Origin: Azolla caroliniana
Lineage: Eukaryota > Plantae > Polypodiophyta
Assembly: GCA_043228905.1 (NCBI GenBank)
Contig: JBHGNT010000006.1
Span: 16,616,001 to 16,680,000 of the forward strand
Direction of reading: 5' to 3'
Length of the DNA stretch: 64,000 bases
Part shown: positions 9,561 through 29,359 of the stretch, piece after piece
Position numbering within the stretch: position 1 is the first letter of the stretch
Layout of the letters: every line of letters starts with the position of its first letter
Program-made: the position numbers and the translations under genes
The notes under the pieces: model-generated
Databases searched by the model: none
Seen by the model: only the letters and a program-made list of their open reading frames with translations
What the model was told of the DNA's origin: nothing

Positions 9561-11854
9561 AATCTACAATTTCCCTCAATACCCTTCCCTTACACACCAA
9601 TACACAATTCACACATAACCCCGTACACACATAAAATAATACACACATCTCACACCCAACCATCCCGCACAATAATGCATATATAAACATTTGCATAATA
9701 TACACACACTGTTACGAGCATGACCATATAATATCCCGTGGTAAGAATTTACCGTAGTAATCTATACACGTGGATAAGTGTGAGGGTTAAATGAGAGTGT
9801 AAAGAAGGGGAGGATTACTTTTAATCCTCGGGATTGAGACAACCCATTAGGTCAAGTGTGAACTTGCCTGGGGGCCTTGGGTTTCGCTATAAATAAGAGG
9901 CCTAGCTACCCTCATTTGATCATCTTTTGACTACATCGAGACTCTGCTCGTGTGGTGGGTCAACTCTTGTAGCGAGCGCGCCAGCACCAGGTACGACTCG
10001 ACGCCACGGCGGTGGTATGGGACGCCGATCGAGGCTCGAGTCCGTCTCGATCCCTTCGCTCGGGGGTGGTCGGGTGGATCGGCACCCTTCTTTCTCTTTC
10101 TCCTTTCTATCTTTCATTTCTTTATCCTTATCTTAAGCTTACATTAGTACTATGATCTATAATATTTGGTATCAGATTTTTTGTACTAATGTTTCTTTGT
10201 TTTTCATTTGTCTTTTGATTGATGCTGATCGATCGTTGTGCGGTTGGCCTTGATCCAGACAACGATCAACAAAGAACTTCGGTAACTCTTTCTATAATTT
10301 TTCTTTCTATTCTCTCTTCTCCCATCTAATCATGTGTTTAGTTTATATGTAATTTTTTTCATTAAATCAATGATGTTGTAGTGGTCTTTAATTGATTATC
10401 TAAAACGTTTACATATGTGCACGAGGTCAATACCTCGTTTGACATATTAATAATATGTGATGAGTGTCGTATGCGTACGAGGTTAATACCTCAATTACGT
10501 ATTACGTTCACGAACATATGTTACGTTTGCGTATCAGTTTAATACCTTGATTTGTTGTAAACGATATGCGTTTGGTCTCGTATGCGTAAGAGGTCAATAC
10601 CTCCATTGCGTATTACGATGATCTCTTATTTGTGGATGTTTCGTGTGCGTAGAGGTATATACCTCGATTACGTATCTCGATCACATCATTTGTGGCTATT
10701 TAATATAACGATATGTTTAATATAGGCATATGTGGTCACATATATATGTATTTGATCGTATATATGTGATAAGTAAACATATGTGTATATTCGTTATTAC
10801 GTGATTATATCGAAAGTTGTCCTTGTCGGGAAAAGGATGTTGGTGGCCGTCCTCACATTTTTGTGAGAATGGCGTTGTCACCATCCCTTTTTCAACATTT
10901 TTTTATTGTTGATAACCACGTTGACGACCTCGATTTCGTTACGTAAAGAAACGCGAATAGCCAAAATGATGTTGAGTACGTAGGGCTTGACCCACTTCAA
11001 GTGAGGTCGCTCCAATGACGCACGTATCCAACATCCCTCCCTCGTTACATGGATACGATGCCACCATGATCTCGTTCTTACGAGAGGCATTCGTAATGAC
11101 GTGACCATGTGATGGCCCACGTGAGCCTACTACGAAACGAGGGCTCATTTGGCTTGACCATTAGGTTGCCCTTTGGCATATGCCATCGTAATTACGAGAC
11201 TTGAGGTTAGGTAACGTACCAACATAGTTTTGGTAAATGAGGGCGAAATAAGGATCCTTGACATATATGTTCTTTTAAAAAAACATATATGATCAATTGC
11301 CTCGCATATCTCTTATACGCATCAAACATTAAGCATTCGAGAAGAGCAACTTACTTGGTTGGCTCAAGTGTTTAATGTATTTGTTCTCGAGGTCTCGAGT
11401 TCAAATATGACCAAGACCATACAACATCCTTGATACATATGACTATAACACATGTTTAGACTTAAGGTCTAAGTGCACCTCGGGGTCCTCGTAATAGGAC
11501 TTAAAGAGCCGAAACCACTTATGTGGGCACCGAAACATAGTTTATTGTTAACATTTTTTTTCGTGTATAAACTATTCATGACGCGAACATACATGGTGGA
11601 GCCTCGGGGAGCCACCATGAAAAAATCGATATAGAGATCAGGGAAAGACATTTATTTGTCACCCCCATGGTTTTTAAAACACCTTTGTGTTACCATAGTA
11701 ACCTGATCTTGAACCTCATCTCATACGTCTAGAGGGGTATTGACGTGAGATAATGATATCGATTAATGCTCGCCCATGATATGTTTACATCACGACATGA
11801 TGTTATGACTATATCTCTGACCTTATCCTATTTCTTTTCCAGAAATAATCTTTA

Positions 11855-13381
11855 ATGGCTCAAATTAACGACCCGATGTCATCCGCTCAAGCGGAAGGAA
11901 CTCAAGGGAATCCTCCTGGACAAATGTCCACTGAGATGTATTTGGCACAAATAACCCAATTCCTTAGTTTCACCGCTCAACAGATGACCGAACTTCGGCA
12001 ATCTCAGAGTGCTCTTGAGGCACGTGTCATTAGTCTACAACGTGAGACTAATAGCCCTGATGAGCGACAAGGTGAACCATCATTTGTCGTTAAGCCATTT
12101 ACGGGAGACAAAAAGGAAAGAACCGAAGAAGCAATCTGCACATGGCTGGGACGATGGGAGTCTCATTTTGAGCTCTATCCCACACCAGATAGTACGAAGA
12201 TTGCATATGTCGGCCGAGAACTCGGGGGTAAGGCCGCCGCCTGGTGGCGTGGCCTCCGTACTATGGGGAAATTGCCAGATACCTGGACAGATTTTGCCAC
12301 GGTTTTTAAGGGCCAATTTCTGCAGCCTCCCTCTCGAACCGAGGCAGCACAAGCTTTAATGAACCTCTCTAGCAGGAAATTTTCCTCGCTAGAAGACTAT
12401 GTTCACCATGCTAGAACCCAAATCCAAAAATCGGGTCTAGAAGGGGACAATTGGTTGATAGCTTGTTTTGTCAATGGCATCCCCAATTCGGACTATCACT
12501 GGATAGTGCACGATAAGGATCCAAAATCCTTCGAAGAGGCCGTTGAAATAGTTCTTCGCTATCAACGCACTTCGAAGAAGGACCATAACAAACCCAACGA
12601 AGCGCCCGGGACTAAGCAGTCGCAATTTGTTGGGAAACGCAAGACACCCAACGAATTCCTGGATCGCGATTGTAAGCGACAACATCCTTTTTGTGTATTC
12701 TGCAAAAAGAAGGGTCATACAAAAGATCAATGTCGAAAGCTCCAACGGAAAGAGCACGACAACAAAGCTAAAGCTGCAGACCATAAAGGTCAGATTCCTA
12801 ATGTCCTTCAGGTCTATACACATCATTTAAGTAATTGTCAATGTTCTTTCCCTCACTATGTATTGGGTCCCAATGATTTACTACGTGCAAACGGGTATAT
12901 CAATGGATCTCCCGTACAATTTTTATTTGATTCGGGAAGCTCACACAATTTTGTGAATGATCGTTTGGTTCAGATATGGGGAATCCAACCCACCGTAAGT
13001 GATCACACCTACACGGTGCACTTGGCTGATGGAAGAGTACAATACATCAACGGGGCGATTCATTCATTAGGAATTTCTATTGATACTTATATAGAGGAAG
13101 TAGACTTCCATGTAATGAATCTTTGTACCACCGATGTAATACTGGGTTATCCCTGGTTTTATAATAAAAACTCTTCTTTATTTATTGATTGGGTTCGTCA
13201 TTCCATTTCTTTTGTACTGAACGATTGTACGCATTTTATTCAATGTGTAAAAAAACAATCCCTCTCGATTGTTTCCTCGTGTCCATCAATATCCGAGTTG
13301 TCTTGTTCTACGTTAAATTTTATTGTGTACTTGATCCGGACATTCACGTTTACAATATCGATAATGTCCCGATTCAATTAA
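11855..13381 (+). CDS. gag: Gag-protease
   Basis: 508 aa; retrotransposon gag core (AAAWW...TWTDF), knuckle [14 protein letters not shown], protease [10 protein letters not shown]. Confidence 0.92.
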   Translation: MAQINDPMSSAQAEGTQGNPPGQMSTEMYLAQITQFLSFTAQQMTELRQSQSALEARVISLQRETNSPDERQGEPSFVVKPFTGDKKERTEEAICTWLGRWESHFELYPTPDSTKIAYVGRELGGKAAAWWRGLRTMGKLPDTWTDFATVFKGQFLQPPSRTEAAQALMNLSSRKFSSLEDYVHHARTQIQKSGLEGDNWLIACFVNGIPNSDYHWIVHDKDPKSFEEAVEIVLRYQRTSKKDHNKPNEAPGTKQSQFVGKRKTPNEFLDRDCKRQHPFCVFCKKKGHTKDQCRKLQRKEHDNKAKAADHKGQIPNVLQVYTHHLSNCQCSFPHYVLGPNDLLRANGYINGSPVQFLFDSGSSHNFVNDRLVQIWGIQPTVSDHTYTVHLADGRVQYINGAIHSLGISIDTYIEEVDFHVMNLCTTDVILGYPWFYNKNSSLFIDWVRHSISFVLNDCTHFIQCVKKQSLSIVSSCPSISELSCSTLNFIVYLIRTFTFTISIMSRFN

Positions 13382-16290
13382 CATATTTTGAACAACAACA
13401 ACTTGATGAAATCTTAAATGATTTTCATGATGTTTTTCCAAGTGAACTACCTGATGGGTTACCTCCTAAACGTAATATAGACCATCGTATAGATATTGTA
13501 CCTGGTGTTGCACCAATAAGTATACCTCCGTATCGCTTAAGTCGATCCGAAGAAGATGAGGTATCTAAGCAACTCAAGGACTATTTACGAATGGGTTATA
13601 TACGTTATAGTAAATCTCCATGGGGTGCACCAGTTCTCTTGGTTAAAAAGAAAGAGGGCACATGGCGTATGTGTATTAATTACCGACGCTTGAATAAAGT
13701 GACGATCAAGAATTCGTATCCATTGCCCCGGGCTGACGATCTAATTGACCGTCTCCAGGGAGCTCGGTATTTTACGAAACTTGATCTCCGTACTGGCTAC
13801 CATCAAATACGAATAAGTGAGGACGATGTTCCTAAAACGGCATTTCGTACGCGCTATGGCCATTACGAGTTTTTGGTTATGCCTTTTGGTTTGACCAATG
13901 CTCCGGCTACTTTTCAACAAGAAATGAATGACATTTTCCGAGAACAACTTGGAAAATTTGTCGTTATTTTCTTGGATGATATTTTAGTTTATAGTCGTAC
14001 ATTACAAGAACATGCTAGACATGTCCGCTTTGTTTTACAAACATTGCGTGACAAACAGTTTTATGCGAAGATCTCAAAATGTGAGTTCTTCAAGAAATCA
14101 ATTACTTATCTAGGACATCTCATAACCGAACGAGGAGTTGAAATTGATCCTTCTCGCATTGAGAAAATCAAGCTTTGGCCCACTCTTCGGAATATTCGAG
14201 AAGTTCGATCATTCCTTGGTTTTGTGGGGTTTTTGCGAAAGTCTCTTCGTAATTACTCCCAATTGACGACGCCGTTTACTGATCTTTTAAAAGGTCAAAC
14301 GCGTAAGTCTACAAAACCTATTGTGTGGAATGCTACACTAGACCTTGCATTTAAGGAACTCAAGGACCTAGTTTGCAAGGCTCCTTCACTTCTTTTACCT
14401 GATCCTTCAATACCTTTTGAGGTCGAAACCGATGCAAGCGATTATGCTATAGGTGCTGTCTTGTATCAAGATGGTAAACCAATAGCATTCGAGAGTAAGA
14501 AACTTGATTCTGCTCAATGTCGGTATACAGTTCAAGAAAAGGAATTATTTGCAATTATACATGCGCTCAAAACATGGCGCCATTATCTTTATGGAAATCA
14601 CTTTGTGGTAACTACGGACCACGAGTCCTTGAAATATTTTTGTGACCAACAAGACCTGAAAGGTCGTAAGGCACGATGGGCTGATCTCATCCAGGACTTT
14701 GATTTTTCCATACGATATCGTAAAGGTTCCATGAACACTGTCGCTGATGCACTAAGTCGCATCCGTGAAGTTAACACGCTTAGCTTCACTGAAATATCAT
14801 CAGATCTTTATGATCACCTTCGAGGAAAGTATCCTGATGACAGTTATTTCGCAAAATACTGGGCAAGAGTTGAGTCTGGAACAGACACCACCACATCCTC
14901 GAAGGAATACTTCCACATTGCTAACGGTTTGCTCTACCGTAATGGGAAGGTTTGTGTTCCAGATTTACCCGAGGTCAAAAAGAGGATTCTTTTTGAATGC
15001 CATGATGTACCCTCAGCAGGGCACCCTGGAATACATCGTACACTCGTTCTCATCTCCACTCAATTTTATTGGCCTAAGATGCGTCCTGACATACATAGCT
15101 ATGTGACTAAATGTCACCAGTGTCAGGTTAACAAAGCCGAGCGACTTAAAGTCGCAGGACTTTTACATCCCCTGGACATTCCCAATAATAAGTGGGAAAG
15201 TATATCCATGGATTTTATCGTTAGCCTTCCTCGCACCCAAAAAGGTCATGATGCCATCTGGGTTGTCGTTGATCGACTAACTAAAATGGCCAGATTTATT
15301 GCTACTAAAACCACGGTAACAGCTCCTGAATTGGCTTACCAATTCGTTGACGAATTGTTTCGTTTTTATGGGTTACCGATGGATATCGTGAGTGATCGAG
15401 ATCCAAAGTTTACTAGTGACTTCTGGACACAAGTCTTTAAGAAGTTAGAAACTACGTTGAGCATGAGCTCCACGGATCATCCTCAATCCGATGGACAGAC
15501 AGAACGAGTAAATCAAATTATTGAGGACATGCTTCGAGCATACGTTGGTGCAAAACCAACAAAATGGGAACGTTATCTCCCAATTTTGGAGTTTGCTTAT
15601 AACAGCTCCAAGCATACGTCGACGGGATATAGTCCTTTTATGTTGATGTATGGTTTTCAGCCACGAGCCCCGATTGATGTTACTATACATCATGATGAGT
15701 TGCGAAGTACGCAAAACTTTCTTCGGGATATGCAAGATATGTTGCATATTGCACGAGATAATATAAAAACAGCTCAAGATAGAGCGCGTTTTTATGCCGA
15801 TCATCATAGGCAACCTCGTGTATTCAACCCTGGACAGAAGGTATTTTTACGTGTACCTCACAATTCTAAGACATTGTCTACAGGTAAGTGCGCTAAGTTA
15901 GCCCCACGGTTTTGTGGACCTTTTACAGTCCTCAAACGAATTGGGTCATCAGCCTATCGTCTCGCTCTTCCCGATGGTGTCGGAATTCATCCAGTCTTTC
16001 ATGTGAGTCGTCTAAAAGAACTTCTAGGTTCTGGCGACAATATCGTTACGACTGAAACTCTGGTTACTTCTGAAGAATTATCTTCTAAACCACATGTACC
16101 AGAAAGAATTCTCGATGTTAAAACAAAAAAATTACGTACTAAAGAAATCCGAGAATTCAAAATAAAATGGATGGATAAATCAATAAAAGATGCCACATGG
16201 GAACGCGAAAATACTCTTAGAACTAACTTCCCTAACTTTCCATTGCAAGAGTGCAATGTTTTAAAGAGGGGGAGTATGTTACGAGCATGA
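13318..16290 (+). CDS. pol: Pol: RT-RNase H-integrase-chromodomain, probably expressed by -1 frameshift
   Basis: RT ([13 protein letters not shown]), RNase H (ETDAS, EKELFA, DALSR), integrase (HHCC, SMDF, SDRD, GQTE, GPF), chromodomain (PERILD...KW...ATWE). No plausible ATG; -1 frame relative to gag. Confidence 0.92.
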   Translation, partial: FYCVLDPDIHVYNIDNVPIQLTYFEQQQLDEILNDFHDVFPSELPDGLPPKRNIDHRIDIVPGVAPISIPPYRLSRSEEDEVSKQLKDYLRMGYIRYSKSPWGAPVLLVKKKEGTWRMCINYRRLNKVTIKNSYPLPRADDLIDRLQGARYFTKLDLRTGYHQIRISEDDVPKTAFRTRYGHYEFLVMPFGLTNAPATFQQEMNDIFREQLGKFVVIFLDDILVYSRTLQEHARHVRFVLQTLRDKQFYAKISKCEFFKKSITYLGHLITERGVEIDPSRIEKIKLWPTLRNIREVRSFLGFVGFLRKSLRNYSQLTTPFTDLLKGQTRKSTKPIVWNATLDLAFKELKDLVCKAPSLLLPDPSIPFEVETDASDYAIGAVLYQDGKPIAFESKKLDSAQCRYTVQEKELFAIIHALKTWRHYLYGNHFVVTTDHESLKYFCDQQDLKGRKARWADLIQDFDFSIRYRKGSMNTVADALSRIREVNTLSFTEISSDLYDHLRGKYPDDSYFAKYWARVESGTDTTTSSKEYFHIANGLLYRNGKVCVPDLPEVKKRILFECHDVPSAGHPGIHRTLVLISTQFYWPKMRPDIHSYVTKCHQCQVNKAERLKVAGLLHPLDIPNNKWESISMDFIVSLPRTQKGHDAIWVVVDRLTKMARFIATKTTVTAPELAYQFVDELFRFYGLPMDIVSDRDPKFTSDFWTQVFKKLETTLSMSSTDHPQSDGQTERVNQIIEDMLRAYVGAKPTKWERYLPILEFAYNSSKHTSTGYSPFMLMYGFQPRAPIDVTIHHDELRSTQNFLRDMQDMLHIARDNIKTAQDRARFYADHHRQPRVFNPGQKVFLRVPHNSKTLSTGKCAKLAPRFCGPFTVLKRIGSSAYRLALPDGVGIHPVFHVSRLKELLGSGDNIVTTETLVTSEELSSKPHVPERILDVKTKKLRTKEIREFKIKWMDKSIKDATWERENTLRTNFPNFPLQECNVLKRGSMLRA

Positions 16291-17878
16291 CCATATAATA
16301 TCCCGTGGTAAGAATTTACCGTAGTAATCTATACACGTGGATAAGTGTGAGGGTTAAATGAGAGTGTAAAGAAGGGGAGGATTACTTTTAATCCTCGGGA
16401 TTGAGACAACCCATTAGGTCAAGTGTGAACTTGCCTGGGGGCCTTGGGTTTCGCTATAAATAAGAGGCCTAGCTACCCTCATTTGATCATCTTTTGACTA
16501 CATCGAGACTCTGCTCGTGTGGTGGGTCAACTCTTGTAGCGAGCGCGCCAGCACCAGGTACGACTCGACGCCACGGCGGTGGTATGGGACGCCGATCGAG
16601 GCTCGAGTCCGTCTCGATCCCTTCGCTCGGGGGTGGTCGGGTGGATCGGCACCCTTCTTTCTCTTTCTCCTTTCTATCTTTCATTTCTTTATCCTTATCT
16701 TAAGCTTACATTAGTACTATGATCTATAATACACACACACATACATTGTACACAATTACACACTTGACATATTGATATACGCATAAACACCAAAAAACAT
16801 ACACATTCATATACACAAACAAATACTCACATTCAAAGACATATATGCACGCACATGCATGGTTATTACATAAGGTTAACAATACTTGGACTTAAACCAA
16901 CATCTAGGATTTCACACACACACACACACACACACAGAGTCAAAGTCCCTAGAAGTCCTACTCACATTTCACACACATGCGTGCAGCCTTGCGATATCGG
17001 AATAAAAATAGAAGAGGGGACCTTGTGGCATGGTGGTTCTGGATATGACGATTAAAAGCGATAAGATATTTGCCCCATGATAAAAGGGCGAAATATTGGT
17101 TGCAACATTTAGATTTAATTAATATTGGGGGATCATGTCAAGTCTCTACTGTGGGGAAATGAATGCATCCCCATCACATATCTTTGCTTCATGTGATTTG
17201 ATTTCGTTCTATTCCTCTAAAGTACGAATAATCACAATCGTTAGATGCTTCATGTTTGAGCATGAGCGTGTAATATGCATGACAAGACGAGGAGATGTTG
17301 ACACAAATTGTGTTGCTCCCTACATATGTATGTATGTATGATCATTTATCGTTGGTCATGAGCATCAACATTCATTCTAGGCTATTACAATTGGGGTGTG
17401 TGAGATGGACGCTCTCACATGTGCAAGTGAGTAATGGGAGAAAGAAAGGAAGACGTGCACTTTGTTTTTAATTAATTAATTATTTTTTACCAAAAAAACA
17501 CTACTTTGCATTAGTTAGTAAACAGAATACAACAAAGTTCAACCCGAATCCACATTGGGATCAATATATACAACACTGAGGACCAACTCTAAAACCAGCA
17601 AAACTCATGTGGCCCTTATCCCCAATGAAACTGAAATAAACCCCATTTTACCCCGACTCTACTTATCCCAACATACGTTATTTATTAGAAAGTTATATGG
17701 GGAACACAACTATGATAACCCATTGTGCTCAAACTTTGTTTTTAATTTGATCAGCTCAATGAATGATTGGTGAGTGTATGTATGTATGTATACAAACGAA
17801 AAGAAACAAAGTGGAGGGACGTAGAAAAGGTGGTGGCAACAAATTTACTTCCTTTTATAGCGAATACATGATCATGCC

Positions 17879-17880
<2 letters not shown>

Positions 17881-17920
<40 letters not shown>

Positions 17921-18835
17921 GTCTGTGGTTTTCTTGTTATTTTCGGTGGAGAAATTAGTGGGAGGAAAGTGAAGAAGAAGAAGAAGAAGAAGAAGAAACA
18001 CACACACACGCCCGCCCGCCGCCAGCCCTCCTCTCCTGTCCTCTCCTGTCCTCTTCTGTTCTGTTCTGTTCTCTTCAACCCTAAACCCCCCGTTCTCTCT
18101 TTCCTCCCTTCAAAACATATGTATATATAACACTGAAAACGATTTACAATTTCCATAGTAGTAGTGCATAGCAACACTATCTAAATTAAACAACACACAC
18201 ACACACAAACTACAGAAGCAGAAGCAGAAGCAGAAGGCAGGAGGAGTCTCTGCGCTTGCGCCTGTGCCTGTGTGCCTGTGCCTGTGCCTGTGCCTGTGGA
18301 AGGGGAGGAGGCAAAGAAGAAGAAGAAGAAGAAGAAGAAGAAGAAGAAGGTGCAGGTGGTGGTGCTGCTAAGGAACGAACAGATTTAGAAGAAAAAAACA
18401 TCGCTTTCTCTTCTTCTTCATCATCATCATCATCTTCTTCTTCTACGTTCTACTACTACGTTCTACGTACGTACGTACGTACGTACGTACGTACGTTGTT
18501 GCTGTTGTTGTTGAGTGGAGTAGTATCCTGTCCTCCCCTCCCCCCACTGCCACTGCCACTGCCACTGCCACTGCCACTGCCAAAGACACAGCGCACACAC
18601 ACACACACACACACACACAGCGCAGCGCAGAAGCTCCTTCCTTCCGATTATTTATTTTATTTATACCCTTCTTGAACCCTCTTTTCTTAAAAACTATCTC
18701 TTAAGACTTTTTGTTTTGTCATCTCTTAGATTCCAACATCATATATTTATCTAATTCACACGCACACGCACACGCACACGCACACATACGCATATATCAT
18801 ATTTTATCTATTCTATCTATCTATCTATCCATCTA
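17881..18835. repeat. Microsatellite mosaic upstream of or within the 5' UTR of the AAA ATPase gene
   Basis: (CT)n, (GAA)n, (CA)n, (GCAGAA)n, (CCTGTG)n, (TCA)n, (TACG)n, (GCCACT)n, (CACGCA)n and (TATC)n in under 1 kb. Confidence 0.9.
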
Positions 18836-18916
18836 TATCTAATACATATTTGTTTATCGAATCCTGTACAGTTGTTGAACCCTTAAAAGACAATATTTAA
18901 ATTTATTACTACTACA

Positions 18917-26057
<7,141 letters not shown>

Positions 26058-26700
26058 TATGATTGATGGTTTTGGGTCATAATCTACACGAAACAATGAT
26101 TTTGAGTTACTTGGTTGATATTCGAAGTATAGTAGTAAGAGTGTGAATGTAAAACCAGGATGAAAACAAAACCAAAAACAACTACAAAAAGAGCTTGGCA
26201 GAAACAAAATCAATATGAAAGAGTAGAGCTTGCTCGGCATCGTATGTTCTCGATATAATTTATTTGTTTTCTTAAAAAGACTCGACAGCTCCCTTTCATG
26301 CAGGGAAATATGTCCCAATCTTTCGGCTCCTCATGTATTCAATGGGAAGTTAAGCTTATAGTTTGAACTTTATTATTACATTTTCTATATATCAAATAAC
26401 AGGGCTAATTGCTGAAACATTCGAGATATAAATAGTTCCAAGTAACGGTCATGGATGTCTTTGGAAAGATGTTATGGTATTTGCAACCCCATGAAGAGCC
26501 CTTGCATTAGCACACATGATGTGGAGTTTGCTAATGGAAGTAGAGAAGTGTGTGATAAAAGAGCTATCATTGTGATTGCCAAATGTTTGAAATTGCGTGA
26601 GTGAAGATTTTTGATAAAATCTTTCTGTGCTAAGTTATTTGTTTTGTAGATGAAAGTTATTGAAAATTTTAATCCCTCCCAAATAACATGGCTCACAACT

Positions 26701-26884
26701 CATATTATGTTTTTGGAGTAACTTCGTTGTGATTGAACAAACATATTTTAGATAAATGCCATACTATGTTTTTGGAGTAATTTCGTTGTGATTGAACAAT
26801 ATAACATATTTTAGATAAACGCCATACTATGTTTTTGGAGTAATTTTGTTGTGATTGAACAATATAACACATTTTAGGTAAATG
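26701..26884. repeat. Three-copy ~59-63-bp tandem repeat
   Basis: CATA(T/C)TATGTTTTTGGAGTAA...GTTGTGATTGAACAA...ATTTTAG(A/G)TAAA starts at 26701, 26760 and 26823. Confidence 0.9.
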
Positions 26885-27916
26885 TGAGGGAGCAATGAGG
26901 TGGTTCTATTTTTTAGTAAGAGAATTTTATTATTATTGTAACTCTATGATCCAATTGCTTCATCGCCTTATATAAAGTAGTCCTTATTATGCAATTTCTA
27001 GCAAATTGTTGGAATGGCCAAAGTCGAGTGAATCATCCAAGGTCGGTGGAACAAGTTTATCAAACCATGATGCACCACTTCATGGTTCATGTCTAGTGCT
27101 CGAACCTTGACAATCATTAATGTAAATTTCAATGCACCCTAAACCCTAAACTCATGCACACTACCATTTTATGAAGTTCCTAGTTGACCATCAATCTCCA
27201 TTTGGTGGTGAGGCATTTGAGTGGTCGATCACGGTAGATCGTGAGTTGGTGATAGTTGGGTGGGATTTAGATCTGAACTTTCAGAATGTAATTTCTATCG
27301 TAATGTTTAGGTTGGACACATCCATTGTTTTGCATCATGTAAAGCCTATGCCACTAGTGACACAAATCTCATTCCCATGGAAGAATCACCCATTTACACC
27401 AATCTTCAAAGTTCGATTGTAATCCAAGAAAATTATGCGTTCAACAATGTGATTCACATTTGAAGAATGACTTGCCCTCCAAGAAAGTTGACATGAGGCA
27501 TGCACAGTTGAGGCAACAAGCGATGACAAGATGCTAATGAAAAAAATGTGACTATCATAAACCCCATAAAACACCAACAAATGGCTAACAGATCAACCAT
27601 ATTGACCATAGCGTAGAATGACTAAGGCCAACAATTAATTAAATACGTGGAAGAGAATTTACCAATATTCCCTATTGCAACTCAATGTGGGTGCTACCAA
27701 TAACTCCCCCATACTCTAACAAAGTGTTTTTCGTTTCATGCAAGGATCTCATATATCAAGGAGGAAAATTATACTCGAGGAAAAAAAGGAGAAGGAAGAA
27801 AAACATGTAAAAATTGGCGGCACACCAAAAACCCTCTATTTCCTTACTAATATCCACTATTGTTACATTTTTCACATCGTAACTATTTCATTTTTGACAT
27901 TTCACACCATATGTAT

Positions 27917-28174
27917 TAGGAATCGGCAACAATTCGATTCCAGGTTAACTAGTTTGGAAGTTTTCAAAATTGAACTGAAACTGATTAAGAATTAACCAAT
28001 TGAGGAACCAGCTTGGTCCAAACCGGTTTCGGCTTGACCCTTGGCAAACCGAGCTCAAACCGGTTTGGGACACTCAAGCCTCAAAGAAGCCAACCAAACC
28101 TCCACACTGCCAAATTGTTTTAAAATGGTTTAATGTCTCGGTTTAGGCATGAGCTGAACCATTGCCAACTCCTA
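27917..28174. mobile_element. hAT-like MITE
   Basis: Imperfect TIRs TAGGAATCGGCAACAATTC / TAGGAGTTGGCAATGGTTC; 8-bp flanks ATATGTAT and ATTTGTAA (6/8 match); internal AACCG/CGGTT motifs. Confidence 0.6.
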
Positions 28175-28239
28175 ATTTGTAATAATCTCCCACTACATGT
28201 TAAAAACGGTGAATATGAGGAATGATTATAGAATATCTA

Positions 28240-29029
28240 GATCTCCCACCTAATGGCATGTTATATAGGTACATGAAAGAGTGTGTAATGTAAAGAACTA
28301 AGAAACACCAAGTGACAACAATGCTTCAACATCATATGGTAAGACTTTGTGAATGTGTCTCCAACATTTTCTCAAGAAACAACCTAATGGTCTCCAATAG
28401 CCACAAATTCCTAGATGATATTGCACTCCAATGTGCTTGGTCTTGACATGATAGATTGGATTCTTAGCCAAAGCAATGACACTCTAAGTATCACAAAGCA
28501 ATCTAGGTACAAGCTAACGTGTGCCCATGTCACATAGTCTAGAGAGCCAAACAACTTCCTTACATGCCTCACTAGCTTCAAGATACTTTGCTTTTGTAGT
28601 AGATAGAGTAGTACATTCTTAAAGACGAGACATTGACCTACATGTTCTACTTCAGTGGGAGCATCTTTAGATCAATTTGTACATCACCTTATGTGAGTCC
28701 CCCTTTATATAATTCGTGCTCAACGAACGTGGCACGAGCTTATGGGCGAATGTAGGAGATGAGGCGAACATAGGAGATGTGGTGAATAGTCTAGAAAGCC
28801 ATACAACTTCCTTACATGCCGTACTAGCTTCAACATACTTTGCTTTTGTGGTAGATAGAGTAGTGTATTCATAAAGACGAGATTTGCACCTGCATGTTCT
28901 ACTTCAGCGGGACCACGAGGGAGAAGGTGATGTCATGTGAGAAGATTCTTTGATCAATGTTTATATCTCATTGTGTGATTCCCCCTTTATATAATTTGTG
29001 CTCAACGAACTTGGCATGTGCTGAAGGGC
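28240..29029 (-). pseudogene. Old Ty1/copia RNase H remnant with a local ~250-bp duplication
   Basis: Minus-strand SVIALAKNPIYHVKTKHIGVQY at ~28420-28490; ~28540-28740 is repeated at ~28790-29020. Confidence 0.6.
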
Positions 29030-29299
29030 TGTTGAGAATCAAACTCAACTTCCCTAGTGTGGGAACACACCTTAGTATCTCAAGCGTGTGAACACCACAC
29101 CTCCTAGTATATAGTAACTAGTGTGTAACACATATTTCATAAATAGTTAAGACTCTACCTCTTTCCCAAGAGACGGTTCTAGTGAGAGAACTTAGGGAGA
29201 AGGTGACTGACTATATAAGCATCGTCTCCTCCTCTTTGTAGTTGTTGGTTCATTCTTGCTTCTTGTTAATACAATTTTCTTGTTTTTTGTATACATTGT

Positions 29300-29359
<60 letters not shown>

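Larger units (their letters stand above)
9710..16731 (+). mobile_element. Intact, recent Ty3/gypsy chromovirus
   Basis: 455-bp LTRs at 9710-10164 and 16277-16731, identical by eye; TSD CACAC; Met PBS TGGTATCAGA 10167-10176; PPT AAAGAGGGGGAG 16263-16274; two uninterrupted ORFs. Confidence 0.96.

Noticed and set aside
10411-10680. CRISPR-like array (palindromic repeats with variable spacers)
   Set aside because: Repeats are too degenerate, lie in a retrotransposon leader in eukaryotic DNA, and no cas genes are present.
12056-12080. Hammerhead ribozyme core (CTGATGAG)
   Set aside because: No GAAA box or flanking helices; lies in gag coding sequence.
13249-13255. A_AAA_AAA as the chromovirus slip site
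   Set aside because: Possible, but no clear downstream stem, and the -1 frame looks Pol-like only after 13318; kept as a weaker alternative.
18256-18675. 139-aa ORF with poly-Glu/Ser/Leu
   Set aside because: Translation of microsatellites; no domain signal.
26701-26884. CRISPR or regulatory array
   Set aside because: Plain head-to-tail tandem repeat without unique spacers.
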